A stretch of DNA of 63,813 nucleotides, the filler included, from Intoshia linei (taxonomy: Eukaryota; Animalia; Orthonectida): assembly GCA_001642005.1 (NCBI GenBank). It is 8 parts of 8 records of this genome, joined end to end, with 100 filler letters (N's around TTAATTAATTAA, not from the genome) between each part and the next. Parts side by side here need not be neighbours in the genome. Positions count along the whole stretch, not along the records: positions 1 to 12,469 come from LWCA01001082.1; 7 more parts are not named here. One strand, given 5' to 3'. Below the pieces are notes generated by a model that saw nothing but the letters and a program-made list of their open reading frames with translations, searched no databases and was not told the DNA's origin. Numbering within the stretch: position 1 is the stretch's first letter; every line of letters begins with the position of its first letter. Positions 1-12,569 of this stretch are shown in pieces. The translations under genes were made by a program, and so were the position numbers.

Positions 1-1919
1 TTTAATGTAATCAAATAAACTTTTTAATTTTGTTAAAAAAACGACATTACTTATTAAACGACCTAATAGCTTATAGAGCTTATAGCTACATAGACTGTTA
101 TGTTACAAACAGCATCATAGCTTTGCCGAAGGGCGGACATTTTTATTCTAACTAAAAAATAAATTCAATAAGAAAATGTAGCCTAAAAATGTTACTATTC
201 ACTATTATAAATCAGTTGAAGGGGTGGTTTCAAACTTGGTATACGTGGACCCATCATATCACATAAAATTTTAATTTAAAGATAAAATTCCACGTAAAAT
301 TTATTTTTTTAACATTTGTGTAAAGAATTTTAAAAAAAATTGTTATTCCATTTTTTTAATTTATTAGACGGAATGTCTGTATGTATAATATTAAAAATAA
401 TGCAAAAACAGTAAAATCCTTAAAATTGTCATAAAAAACATAAATTCCACAAAAAATATATTTGTAAAAACTTATTTTGTCATTTTCAATGTAATAATAT
501 ATATTCAGGGCCAATTTAATAAATAATTTAAAATGCCAATTATGTATCACTAATTAATGGAATCAGCACTTTAGAAACATGTCAGAGGAATTATAGCAAT
601 ATTGCAAAGTATTGTAATAAATATAATAATGATAATAAATTTGTATTAATTTTAGTAATTCGTTGTTGCAGTTTTAATTTAAATTTTAAACAGAATATTT
701 TGTAAATAATAATTAGAGAATTACAAATTTTGTAGCAATGTTATGTGTATTTTATGTATTATCTTAACTAATTATTAAACCAACTAATATTATCAAATAT
801 GAATGTGAATGATAACTATAAATATCGGTCAACATGCGTAGCAAGCTTTATCTCGATATTTCAACTTTGTACTTAATTATTTTCAAAGGAACATTGACAG
901 GCTATTTAATTAACAAAAAATAACCAATATTTCATGACATTTTAATTTAATACTCTTAAAAAGTAGTATTTTGTTAGTCTAGTTATGAGTACAATTAACA
1001 CCGACACTATGGTATCGCTTCAATCACGGTCCTAACATGATTGAAATAAAAATTAAGATAAGGGAATATTTAATATTATTGCATTTAACTTATTATTTCA
1101 ACTTGATGTTTGGAACTTACTATAAATACTATTATTACAACCCCTACTTTATATAGTATATATATATTTATTTTATATTTATTACTTTATATTTTATATT
1201 TACTAAATTATCGTCCAACATTTTATTGTATAAAATTAAATATATAAATACTTTTAATAAAACCGAATTGACAAGGTATACTACAATGGGTGAAAATCTA
1301 TATAATTCATTCTTTCGGATTTTTTTTCATTGCTCCACAATTTTTCATTTTTATTTTTAAAAAATCTAACGAAAATTATCTTAAAATTCTTTCAACTATA
1401 AGTAAAATTTTGTTATTATTGCTTTTTGTATTTATTACAATGCTATGTTGGTAGAGTCCTTCGGCAGAGCTAGGTGCTGTTTGTACATAGTACACCATAG
1501 CTAAGCTATTACTTTATTTAAGTAAAGATTAAAAATTGTTATTTCATTTCGAAAGCTTCACAGTCACAGGCCGACGAATCATAAATCCACATTTTACATA
1601 TTAATTTTGTAAAAACTAGCAATATGTCGTAAAAATGTACACCATATAGTTTACTACTAGTATTTATATACATAATATTTTTACCATTCTGCATAATGGC
1701 TAAAATACTAGATATTATTGAATATATAATTATTTATTAATTATTATAATTATACCAAAAATTAATATTATTTCAAAATAGTCCAGTATAACTCGTAATT
1801 AATGAATTTGATAATGTACTAAACTAGATCAAAATTAAACACCACAATGTAGGGGTTGATATTAATAATTATTTTTTTTATTTTTAATATGTAGGGCGTA
1901 TATTAGGGGGTCACATTTT

Positions 1920-2480
1920 TTCAAAAATTTTAGTTTAATTTAATTTTTGGACCGTTAATTATTTTTCATTTTTTGTTTTAATAAAATCTTTTGAAAATAA
2001 TATGAATACTAAAATGCTTTTTTGACCGTGAAATCGTCACTTATTCAGATTAAAATTTTGTGTATGTCTTAACAGGATTTAATTGTACCACATGTAATTT
2101 TTTTTAAATTCTAGGGGTGTTTTCATTAAAAAAAGAAGTGTAATTTGTGGTTTTGGCCCTAAAGATATAATTTTTTTAAATTTAAATTTATGGTAATGTT
2201 TATGAATTTAAAATCCGCATTAGCGTACATATTGTTTCAAATTCTTTAACTCGTTTGATTTTCAAAAAGAGGGACTATTGTGGTTTTTGACCCGTAAGAA
2301 ATGAGTTTAGGAGGTTGAAATTATTTAAAATTATTGAACTTATACGTCCCGGAAAAATTTGTAATTGAAATGTAGACAATATAAAATTCTAAGACTGTTA
2401 GTTATTTCAATAAAGTCAACACACATACACACAGACCGACACACTAACAAGAATCGCGTAGCATATTATATAAGTTAGGA
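1920..2480 (-). mobile_element. Helitron family copy, 5' part
   Basis: Reverse complement of the A|TCCTAACTTATATAA...GTGTGT terminus and body seen at 44110-45044. Confidence 0.7.
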
Positions 2481-2481
2481 T

Positions 2482-3680
2482 TCTGTTTAATAAATTAAAA
2501 AAATGGGATAATAATTGTTTTTAAAATTCTTTACGCAAATGTTAACAAAACAAATTAAGATGGAAATAATTCACTTTAAAGTAAACGTAATGTGTTATGA
2601 TGGTTTTACCTGAAACAAATTTAGAAAACCACTTTTTTAAAGAGTTGATAATAGTGAGTAGTAGGATTTTTAAGTTAGATTTTCAACGGGAATTTATTTT
2701 TTAAGTACAGTGGTTTCTGTTCAATATGAATACTGTATAATATGAGTTCACGCTTATATGAATTTCATGAAAATAAGAGTTAGATTTGTATAGTATTAAG
2801 AGAAAAAATTTTTAATATGAATTTGTGTAATTTAACATAAATTTGTAATAATTTTCTATCACGTGACTTATAAATTTTAGAAAAGTAACCATTTAATATG
2901 AATTTGAATTTGAAGAGAAAAAGATTTTTCGATAAATGATAAAATAAAATTGATTAAACTGTTTGACGAATATTCAAATCGATCTCAAAAATATTTAGCC
3001 ACTAAACACTCAATTTCAGTAGGTTTGATAAATACGTCGTTAAAAAATCATGAAGAAATCCTTAATTGTAAAAATTTAAATTTGAATCAGATGAGACAAC
3101 CTTGCCTAAAGAAATCAAAAAAAATTGAATCAGTGGTTTCAAAGTCAACGGACATTTAATATAAGTATAATTGGCAATATATTGAAAGAAATGACGCTGG
3201 AAATTGCCAGTCTTTTGAATTTGAACGATGTTAAGCCTCTACTGGTTGTTTCAATTCTTTTTTTAACCAGAGATTTTATTAAATGAAAAAAAATTGTAGG
3301 AGAATCAAAATTAGTAAGCAAGTCTAAAATAAAAGAATGGAAAGAATTATTTTCTGAAACTGTAAAAAAATATAAAAATGATAACATATTTAACTCTGAT
3401 GAAACCAGATCTTATAAAAAAATGATTTTTTAAAAGAAAAAATTGAAATTAGCAACAAAATTAGAAACTATTTTCCATTGCAAAAATAAATACTTATACA
3501 TTTGTGTTCATATTCACTTCATTTTTAATTCATGTTCATATTGTACAACCAACTCTATTATGAATATTCTAAATATCCGGTCCCTTGACATTCATATTGT
3601 ACAGAAACCACTGTATAATAAAATTGTGCTCTCGGCAGAGCTAGGTCCTGTTTGTACGTAGTACATAACAGTCAGCCTAG
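2482..3680 (+). mobile_element. Helitron 3' part (interrupted by the pogo element)
   Basis: Matches 6735-7022. Ends in hairpin CTGTTTGTAC-GTA-GTACATAACAG (3648-3671), then CTAG|T at 3677-3681. Confidence 0.75.
2708..3613 (+). mobile_element. pogo/Tigger-type DNA transposon, degenerate
   Basis: 24-bp TIRs (CAGTGGTTTCTGT[T/A]CAATATGAAT, 23/24 match) with TA on both flanks. Decayed HTH/CENP-B-like ORF (2950-3159) and a 'NIFNSDET' DDE start. Inserted into the 3' part of a Helitron copy. Confidence 0.85.
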
Positions 3681-4075
3681 TATTATATAAATAAGGATAT
3701 ATTTTTAATTTTATTTTTGTAAATTATTAAAATTCAATAATAAAAATTTCAAAAAAATTAGATTCAGTTGCCGGTGCACCATTTGAGAAGCACTGATATA
3801 TAGTATTGAAAATTAAAATACATTCTAAAATTTATTTGAACATAAATTTACCGTCTTAAATATAATACTATGTAATATAGAATTAACATTGTAAAGCAAT
3901 ATTTTCCAAAGTAGGCGCTAGCGCCCACTTGGGGCGGTAAAATATTTAAAGGAGCGCTGAAATTGTAGGGGCGCTAAGGGGCGCTGTGAAAATTTTTATA
4001 AAATTATAATAAATATGTCTATCTACATGCATTTATATTATTTTTTAAAAGCTCAAAAATAAAGTTGATTTGGAT

Positions 4076-4168
4076 GATAATTGGAATTCTGTCATATTCT
4101 CAGACGAAAAAAAATTCAATTTGGACGGTCCTGATGGATTCCAGTTTTATTAGCATGATTTGAGAAGG
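4076..4168 (+). mobile_element. Tc3/Tc1-like transposase fragment
   Basis: Translates to DNWNSVIFSDEKKFNLDGPDGFQFY*HDLRR, the Tc3-type FSDEKKFNLDGPDG motif, with an internal stop. Confidence 0.8.
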
Positions 4169-6119
4169 GATTGTAAATTTTAATTTAAAAAGTCAAATAC
4201 AGATTTTATTCCCTCACACAAACTAAACAATATAGAACTGAAAAATTCATTTAAAAATATGTCAAGAAGTTTACCTTCGGAAACTTATTGTATAAATAAA
4301 ATTGATCAACTATAAAGAAAAAAGTGTCCATTTAATTTTAAACTACGTAAAACAAATTAATAACTCTATTGAAAAATGACTCAATAATAATGAGAACCAC
4401 TTTAAAGGAAAGAGAGATAGACCTATATTCATAAAGTAATACACAAATTTTAGTCTACTAAATAAATTTACGACAAAAAATCAAAATTTTTACCATAAAA
4501 CGTTAAAAAATATTTAATATGGTATCACAATAAATCCTAAAATAAACAAATCACTTATTATTTATTAGAATTTTCGATTAATTAAAATTAGTTTTTTTTT
4601 TATAATTTAATAAAGTTTTAAATTTTGAATTATAAGTTACATTTTTTTTATTTATAGGTCCAAAAAAATGCTCTTAGTAATAATATGACTAATATTATAA
4701 CAAATATAAATATATATATTATTTTTTATTCAAATATTATGACTAATAATTACGATAATTTAACTTATAAGTTATAACTTAAAAATTTTAAATTTCATTA
4801 CCAAATTCTATTAAAATATTTATGAAGTAATTTTATAATATCAACATTACTTAAATAAAATAATATCATCAATAATTATTATTTTTACTTGAAACCACTA
4901 AAAATATGATTAAGTTTAATTATATAATTATTATAAATTATTTGACTTATAAAAAATCATCCTTACTTATATAATATGATATGCAATATTTGTTTGTGTG
5001 TGTTACAGTTTATTTCAATAACTACAAGTCTTAAAATTTTATAAAGTCTACATTTCAATTAGAGTTGAAGAATTAAAAAAATTTATCTTCAGGGCCAAAA
5101 CCACAAATTACCCTTTTAATAATGAAAACAGCCCTAGAATTAAAAAAATGCAGGTGGTACCGTTGTATCCTGTTAACACACAAAAAATTTTCAATCTGAA
5201 TAAGTCTGAAATTTAAAAAAGCATTTTAGTTTTTATATATTTTTTTTCATATATTGATAATAGTGAATACAGTGAGGCCTCTCAATACCGCCACAAATTT
5301 AAAAAAATGTTAAAAAAAAATTTGTCGAAATGTGTTAAATTTTAAATTTTAGTTCATTCTATATTTTACTTTATCGTTAATTCTACTTTATAATTTATTC
5401 TATCATCATTTACAACAACTAATTCAAAATTTACATACCATTTGTAATACAGTTAACTTTTTTGAATTATAATAATTTTTTATAAAAAATGAAGAACAAA
5501 AAGACTCAAAATTAAATTTCACAAAAAAATTTGAAATAATTCGATTTCTACAAATAAATTCAATAGTGTCGGATCAAAGAATAGCTGACATGTTTACCCA
5601 TAAATTCAACAACCAATTTCTATGAGAACAATATTTGATATTAAAAACAAGGAAATACTGTTGAACTATTATAACGATGGAAATTTAAAATTTAGTAGAC
5701 AGTCAGTGTAGAACAGTGTTGTCAGTACAGTGTTGAAATAGACAAATATCGACCAAGATGTTACAAAATTGGTTGATAAACTAGAATCAAAAGATGCTAT
5801 TATAACAGATGAAATAATATGCTCACAAGCATCTCGACTGGCAGAAAAATATAAAAATCGTCATTCATTGAAATTTAGAAAATTACTTGGTCAATCATAT
5901 GAATGTAAATCTATTAATTTGGATTTAATGTTTGAAACATTTACATTGTCTTCAAGAACTTGGATTACGTCAGATATTTTACATTCATCTTACCTACAAA
6001 TAACTACATTCATCATTACACATTGTATTACTAATAGTAATTAGTATTACTGATACATAGTATACAATATTACATATATGTTGTACAATAACAATTTTTT
6101 AATACAATATTTATATTTA

Positions 6120-7022
6120 TCCTAACTTATATAAAAGGCTACGTGATTTTTGTGTGTGTGTTACTTTTTTGAAATAACTAGCACTCTTAGAATTTTTTAA
6201 AGACTACATTTCAATTACAGTTTCGAAGACCCTTCTCCTTTTCGGGACGTGTAATAAGATAAATTTCAACCTCCCATTTTCACATCTTAAAGGTCAAAAA
6301 CCCCTGTTGTCCCTCTTTTTGAAAATTAATTAATTCCTTCGCAATTTTTTTCATTGCTACGCAATTTATAAATTTAAAATTTTTATTTTCCAAACATTTT
6401 GAACAACATCTACGGCGACGAATTTATAAAAGTTTTGATACTAACTTAATTTAACTTAATTTGAAAATTCTAAAAAGAAAAATAACATTCACAAGAAAAA
6501 AGGCCAAAAGTATAGACACATTTTTATATTACAATCCTTTTCAATAATGGTAAAATTAATTATTGATACACAATTGGTATTTTTAAATATTTATTAAATT
6601 GGTTCTGAATATATATCATCACATTGAAAATGACAAAATAGATTTTATAATTTTATTTTGCTGGAATTTATGCGATTTATGACAATTTTTAGGATTGGAC
6701 TGTTTTTACTTTATTGTTAATATTATACACACATTCTGTCTAATAAATTAAAAAAATGGGATAATAATTGTTTATAAAATTCTATACGCAAATGTTAACA
6801 AAAAAAATTATTATGAAATAATTCACTTTAAAGTAAAAAGTAATGTGATATGACGGTTCCACCTGAAACAAAATTTGTAACCACCTTTAAATGATTGATA
6901 ATAGTTAATAGTAGGATTTTTAAGTTAGATTTTCAACATGAATATATTTTTTTGGTAGAATAAAAATGTGCCCTCGGCAGAGCTAAGTGATGTTTGTATG
7001 TAGTACATAACAATCAATCTAT
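6120..7022 (+). mobile_element. Non-autonomous Helitron with both termini (internally deleted)
   Basis: 5' A|TCCTAACTTATATAA followed by a (GT)n tract. 3' GGCAGAGCTA..TGTTTGTATGTAGTACATAAC hairpin, then CTAT/T. Confidence 0.75.
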
Positions 7023-7606
7023 TAATAGTATATTTTTATTATAGATTTTCTCTATCCATATATAATATGAATATATACTAACGAATATATAACATAATAT
7101 TTACTGTCTGTAAATTTCCATAATTTTATATACTATAAGTATGTTTTATGGTATGAATCTAATCGATACTTACTGCAGAAACTATTCAAGTTCATATAAG
7201 AAATTCAATGGTAAGAAATTTTTATTAAAGTCTGTTTTGAGTAAAAATATGTTCATTAAATTACTCAATTATATTTTTTCACATTTACCCCAATGTATTT
7301 AACTCTCAAAAACAATAAATATATTTAGATGTATTCAAACCATGCACATAATTTTTATTACTATCCGCTAAAGCATTTGAATTAGTTTAAAATATTGTTA
7401 TATAAATTTTACAAACAAAGAATTTAGTTTGACAGACGCAATGGAAATATATAAGAACAAATAATTTAGTCCAGAGTCGGTCCTACATTTTTTTATATTT
7501 CGGTTCAATTTTCTTTGTAATATAAAATTTAAATTCTAAAGTATTTATTTAAATTTACTGTCTTAAATAACAATGTAGTTCATGCACAAGAATAGAAAAA
7601 TTAAAA

Positions 7607-8051
7607 TCTTTACTTATGTAATATGCTACGCAATATTTTTTGTGTGTGTGTTCCACATTATTTCAATAACTACCAGTTTTAGAATTTTATAAACTTCACA
7701 TTTCAATTAAAGTTTTTTCCGGTGATAAGATAAATTTCAACTTCCCAAACTCACATCTTACGGGTCAAAAACCTCAATTGTCCTTTTTTTTGAAAATGAA
7801 ACGAGTAGGAGAATTTAAAAAAACATCTATGCTGATACGGATTTTAAAATCATAAACATTATCATAAATTTAAATTTAAAAAAATTATATCTTCAGGGCC
7901 AAAACCCCAAATTACCAAATGTTTGCGAACACCCCCGGAAAAAAACTGTAATTGAAATGTGGACTTTATAAAATTTAAGACGGGTAGTTATTTAAATAAA
8001 ACTGAACACAGACACACACAAAAATCGCGTGGCATATTATATAAGTTAGGA
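7607..8051. mobile_element. Two opposed Helitron 5' fragments
   Basis: A plus-strand 5' fragment (7607-7917) is joined to a minus-strand 5' fragment (7921-8051). Confidence 0.65.
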
Positions 8052-8598
8052 TTTAGTACTTCAAATTAATAATTATCAACAGCGTTTCTCACCCCATGGG
8101 ACCAATTGTATTCTATGCGATACTTTATTTGAAACCAAGATTTCACAAAATAATTGAAAATAAAAATTATAAATAAATATAAAATTAATGTTGAATTTTT
8201 TAATATGAATGTCAGCTTTTTTGATTTGAATGGAAAAAGGTGTATTTAATAATCTCTGTTACAACCATGGAAAATATCTGTCAGATTAATATTTCTTTAT
8301 TTTTTATGTATCTATTTTTGATGAAGTAGAGTTTAACTATTTATTTGATTTGATTTTTTTTTAATTTACATGGTATCATAGTTACAATAAATAGAAATTA
8401 TTATGGGTACCAAATTATTTTTTTTAGTTTAGGGGTACAAACTGCGAAGTATGTTGAGAACCGCTGATATACACCATCCCAAAATGGACACTTATAGGCA
8501 ATATATTAATAAAATTAAATATTTACATTCTAAATTCATGATATGACTATTTTATTTTTTTACAGTGCACAATAGTACGTTCAGACCCCATTCAAATA

Positions 8599-8752
8599 AA
8601 TTTGAAATTGATCTATACTGAATGGGGATTTGAGGATAAAAATCTGAAAAATAGTAATAAAAAAAATTAATCCAAAAATTTTTTGTAAAATATTATGCAA
8701 TATATTTACATAATCTTCAAATCCCCATTCATTATAGATCAATTTCAAACTT
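8599..8752. repeat. Inverted-repeat MITE-like element
   Basis: TTTGAAATTGATCTATACTGAATGGGGATTTGA is mirrored by TCAAATCCCCATTCATTATAGATCAATTTCAAA. Confidence 0.6.
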
Positions 8753-9056
8753 CAGGCTCCTACAAATTTTATGAATCGCGTATAAACTTTAAAATTGATC
8801 AATCTTATTTTCACTGCTAATTAGTTCTTTTAACTAATTCACAAAAGTAGCCAAATACAAAAATAATAAAAATTCTTGCGAACAAGATTATGTATTTGAA
8901 ATGTCATTGTTAGAAAAAAACAACAAGAAACCCTCTATCCTATACATTTTGTTTTTTATGAATTTTTGGCTAAAATAGGGTTTTATTGAGGATTTCTGAT
9001 AAACTGTGATAACCATGGCATTATATATACTCACAAATTTATATAACATGCCACAG

Positions 9057-9600
9057 TATCCAATCGATACAAAAAACTAATACACGAATATTATTAGTAA
9101 ACGAAAAAGCTGGTTATAAAGGTCAATTATATCCAATGCCCTTAAACAAGGGAAAAGAGGAAGCAACGCATATCGAAAATCATTAAAAAAGGGAGATCAT
9201 AGAACCATCTAATACTAATAACTCGTGGTGATCATCTTTTTTGGAAACAAAGAAAGATGGAAGTAATCGTCTCGTTATAGATTATCGAAAATTATTTTCG
9301 ACAGATATCACACCCTAGACCTGAAAGAATGTTTAGACCAACTATCACAATGCGCTGTATTCAGCATAATGGATCTTACAAGCGGATTTCATCAAATCAA
9401 ACTAAACAGAAGCGACAGATACAAAACAGCTTTCGCTACAGCGTACGGTAAAAAAATTAAAAATTTAAGAGAATGCCATTCGGTTTGATTGATTCATTAG
9501 CAAATTTTTAAAATACAATGGAAAAGATACTGTATGATATCCTTGGATATATAGTATATATGGATGACACAATAATAGGATCAGTCAATGATGCAATCCA
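9057..9600 (+). mobile_element. Ty3/Gypsy reverse transcriptase fragment (pseudogene)
   Basis: Motifs KKDGSNRLVIDYRKL, FSIMDLTSGFHQI, KTAFAT, RMPFGL and VYMDD, with frameshifts and stops. Confidence 0.85.
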
Positions 9601-10097
9601 CCAATGTTAAGCAAATCATATTTAGATATATGTATATTAGAGGTGTGAACGAATTTTTATATCAAAAATACACATTTTCAGCATATGAACATTTTGAAAA
9701 TATTCAATTTGCACCCAATCTTACCTCTTAACTGTTAAAAAACCCTGGGGCATCGCCTCTAAAGTTTTGAACAATATATTGCTCACAGTAACTAATATAT
9801 GACAATTTTCTTAAAAATATTATTTTAAATATAAATCTTTTTATACAAATAGCTATTAAAATGCGCAAAATTATCGTCTAGCGAATAATGAACACCGAAT
9901 TGATAAAAAAACAGATTCCAATGAGAAAACTGAATAAATATAAAAAAATATAAATTAATTAATTGTTAATAGTAATAGAAAAATGAATTGTTTTTGAAAT
10001 AATTATTACTGTGAAATTTACTATACGAAATAAATTAAATTTTGCTCATTATTCATATTTTGAAGTGCTTTGCCCCAGGGCTTTTTTAATTCATTTT

Positions 10098-10544
10098 ATA
10101 TAAAATGCTTTTTTGACCGTGAAGGCTTCACTTATTCAGATTGAAATTTTTTGTGTGTGTTAACAGGATACAACTGTACAACCTGTAAATTTTTTGAAAT
10201 TTTAGGGCTGTTTTCATAAAAAAAGAAGAGTAATTTGTGGTTTTGACCCTGAAGATATATTTTTTTAAATTTAAATTTATGATAATATTTATTATCTTAA
10301 AATCTGTATAAGAGTATATAAATTTTTTTTTAAATTCTAGAAATCTTTTGATTTTAATAAAAAGGTGAATTAGGGTTTTTGACACGTAAGATGTGAGTTT
10401 GGGAGGTTGAAATTTATTTTATTATCACTCGGAAAAAACTTTAATTGAAATGTGGACTTTATAAAATTCTAAGACTGGTAATTATTGAAATAAACGGTAA
10501 CACACACAAACAAATATTGCATAGCATATTATATAAGTAAAGAT
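10098..10544 (-). mobile_element. Helitron family copy, 5' part
   Basis: Reverse complement of the family body. ORF 10128-10385 is spurious. Confidence 0.7.
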
Positions 10545-10791
10545 TATATCGTGAATATATTGGAATAGAATTGAAGATTGATATTATATTAAGAAAATCT
10601 TGAATTTATTTATTGTTAGTGATATTTTAGAAATATAGAAAATTAACCGGTTAATATTTTCATAATCGGTTAATTTCTAAAAATATTTAACCGGTTATCA
10701 ACTCTGGTATTGAGAGATCTGACTGTATTAATGAAAAAAGACATAATTTATATATTTTTTATACGTCATTATTTTAATAAAATATTTTTAG

Positions 10792-12098
10792 CTTTAGCAC
10801 ACCTAAATTTGTAAAAAATGGCATAAAACTATATAACGATATACCAGACTCAAAAAGATTGTCTTTAATAACAAGTGCAAAAAGATTATTAAGCGTTAAA
10901 AACAAATACCCACACGAATGTGTAATAATTATCGGAAACAACATATCACACGATTTAATGCAAATGAAACATTTTTATAAAATTGCAAAACTACCTGTTA
11001 TTTTGTCAACAATATCTTATAATTTTTTAAACAATGAATTCAATAATGTAGATTTAATAAAATTATCTAAAAATAATTTCCAACAATCTAAAATTATTTG
11101 TGAATTTATCATTTCGTTGGGTCTCGGATACATTACAATATTATATACTGAAAATTTATATGAATGGGATATCATTAATTCACTACACAATTACATTTAT
11201 AAATACGCAGGTATGATATTACATTTTTATAGTTTTATTTTAATGTATTTTCATTGATATTTACAAAACTGTGTATATAACCAGTACACTACGTCGGTAG
11301 ACCGACGTATGGATCAAATAAGTCAATTTTCAAATTTTTTATTTACATTTCTTAATTTTGAAACATACCGGTTATACAGTTTTTACCAGTATTAGTATTA
11401 TCACGCGTTCCATCATGAGTTGCTTCAAATAATATTTTCTTAATTTTTTATTTTCACTTTTAGGTGATAGAATAAGCATTGGTGTAACAATAGCACTAAT
11501 GGAAAATGATTACTCAATGTATGAATTATCTCAAACAAACTGTTTGTTAATCATTGCATCAGTAGAAGAAGCAAAATTAGTAAGATATTTACAAAAAATT
11601 GATCCAAATGAAAACCTGACTCTAGTATTTGCTGATTTAATAACCGAGAATAATGTTTTTGGTAAAAGAAGAGTATATTATGTAAAATCTTTAAACAAGT
11701 TAAAAAAAAGAGTTGGAGAATTTAGGTATATAAATAAATTAATTGTCAATTCCCTAAAATTTTGGGAGAATTTTACTACAACTGGTTGCAAAATGAATTT
11801 ATATAATAGAATTAAAAGAAATACCATTATTGACCCGGATTATTACCAAACACCTTATAAAATTATTTATATGAATACAAAATCTATTGTTTTTGAACTA
11901 TACAATAACACTCAATTTCAAATTTTATATGGGCGTATTATTAATGGATTTAATGTTACCTCATTGCCTCATCTTCATCAAATTGATTGCATGCCGCTTT
12001 GTAAGGACGGATCGAAAAAAATTAATGTTAACAATGTTTGCTCCACTTGTAGAGGTTTGAAATATAAAATTTACGGTTTTCAATGTGTAACAGGCTGA
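10792..12098 (+). CDS. Divergent class C GPCR (mGluR-like) ectodomain: Venus-flytrap plus cysteine-rich domain; partial or pseudogene
   Basis: Exons 10792-11210 and 11464-12104 join in phase 1. The segments IIIGNN..KLPVI..QQSKIICEFIISLGLGYITILYTENLY follow the ANF-receptor pattern. CMPLCKDGSKK..CSTC..FQC resembles the NCD3G domain. In-frame TGA at 12096. Confidence 0.6.
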
Positions 12099-12137
12099 TT
12101 CAAGGTAAGATCGTCCAATTGTAAAAAATTTTTTAAA

Positions 12138-12469
12138 TCCTTACTTATATACATGTAATATGATACGCAATATTTGTTTGTGTGTGTGTGTTACCGTTTA
12201 TTTCAATAACTACCAGTCTTAAAATTTTATAAATTCCACATTTCAATTACCGTTTTTCCGCGGATGTTAGCAAAATAAATTTCAACCTCCCAAACTCACA
12301 TCTTATGGGTTAAAAAGCCCAATTGTTATTTTTTTGAAAATCAAACGAGTTAGAGAATTTAAAAATATATACGCTGATACAGACTTTAAAATCATAAACA
12401 TTATCATAAATTTAGAAAAAATATATCTTCAGGGTCAAAACCACAAATTACTCTTCTTTTTTTATGAAA
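12138..12469 (+). mobile_element. Helitron family copy, 5' part, runs into gap
   Basis: A|TCCTTACTTATATA...(GT)n TTAC start. Confidence 0.7.
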
Positions 12470-12569
12470 NNNNNNNNNNNNNNNNNNNNNNNNNNNNNNN
12501 NNNNNNNNNNNNNTTAATTAATTAANNNNNNNNNNNNNNNNNNNNNNNNNNNNNNNNNNNNNNNNNNNN
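12470..12569. other. Assembly spacer N44-TTAATTAATTAA-N44 (also 25857-25956, 38203-38302, 47471-47570, 58791-58890, 59910-60009, 61098-61197)
   Basis: Identical 100-bp linker carrying stops in all six frames. Confidence 0.98.

Larger units (their letters stand above)
5270..10725 (+). mobile_element. pogo-like element expanded by nested insertions
   Basis: TA|CAGTGAGGCCTCTCAATACC at 5268 pairs (19/22) with GGTATTGAGAGATCTGACTG|TA ending at 10727. Decayed HTH transposase at about 5490-5900. Confidence 0.55.

Noticed and set aside
356-550. Short ORFs in the track (356, 3145, 3443, 10128, 12334, 21661, 26989, 28735 and others)
   Set aside because: They lie in Helitron/MITE sequence or antisense to decayed transposases, with low-complexity AT-driven composition.
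12096-12098. Genome-wide TGA reassignment
   Set aside because: SF3A2 and the CEP120 model terminate in TGA, and Trp is TGG throughout the conserved genes.
12514-12525. TTAATTAATTAA repeated seven times
   Set aside because: Artificial six-frame-stop linker inside N runs; not biological.
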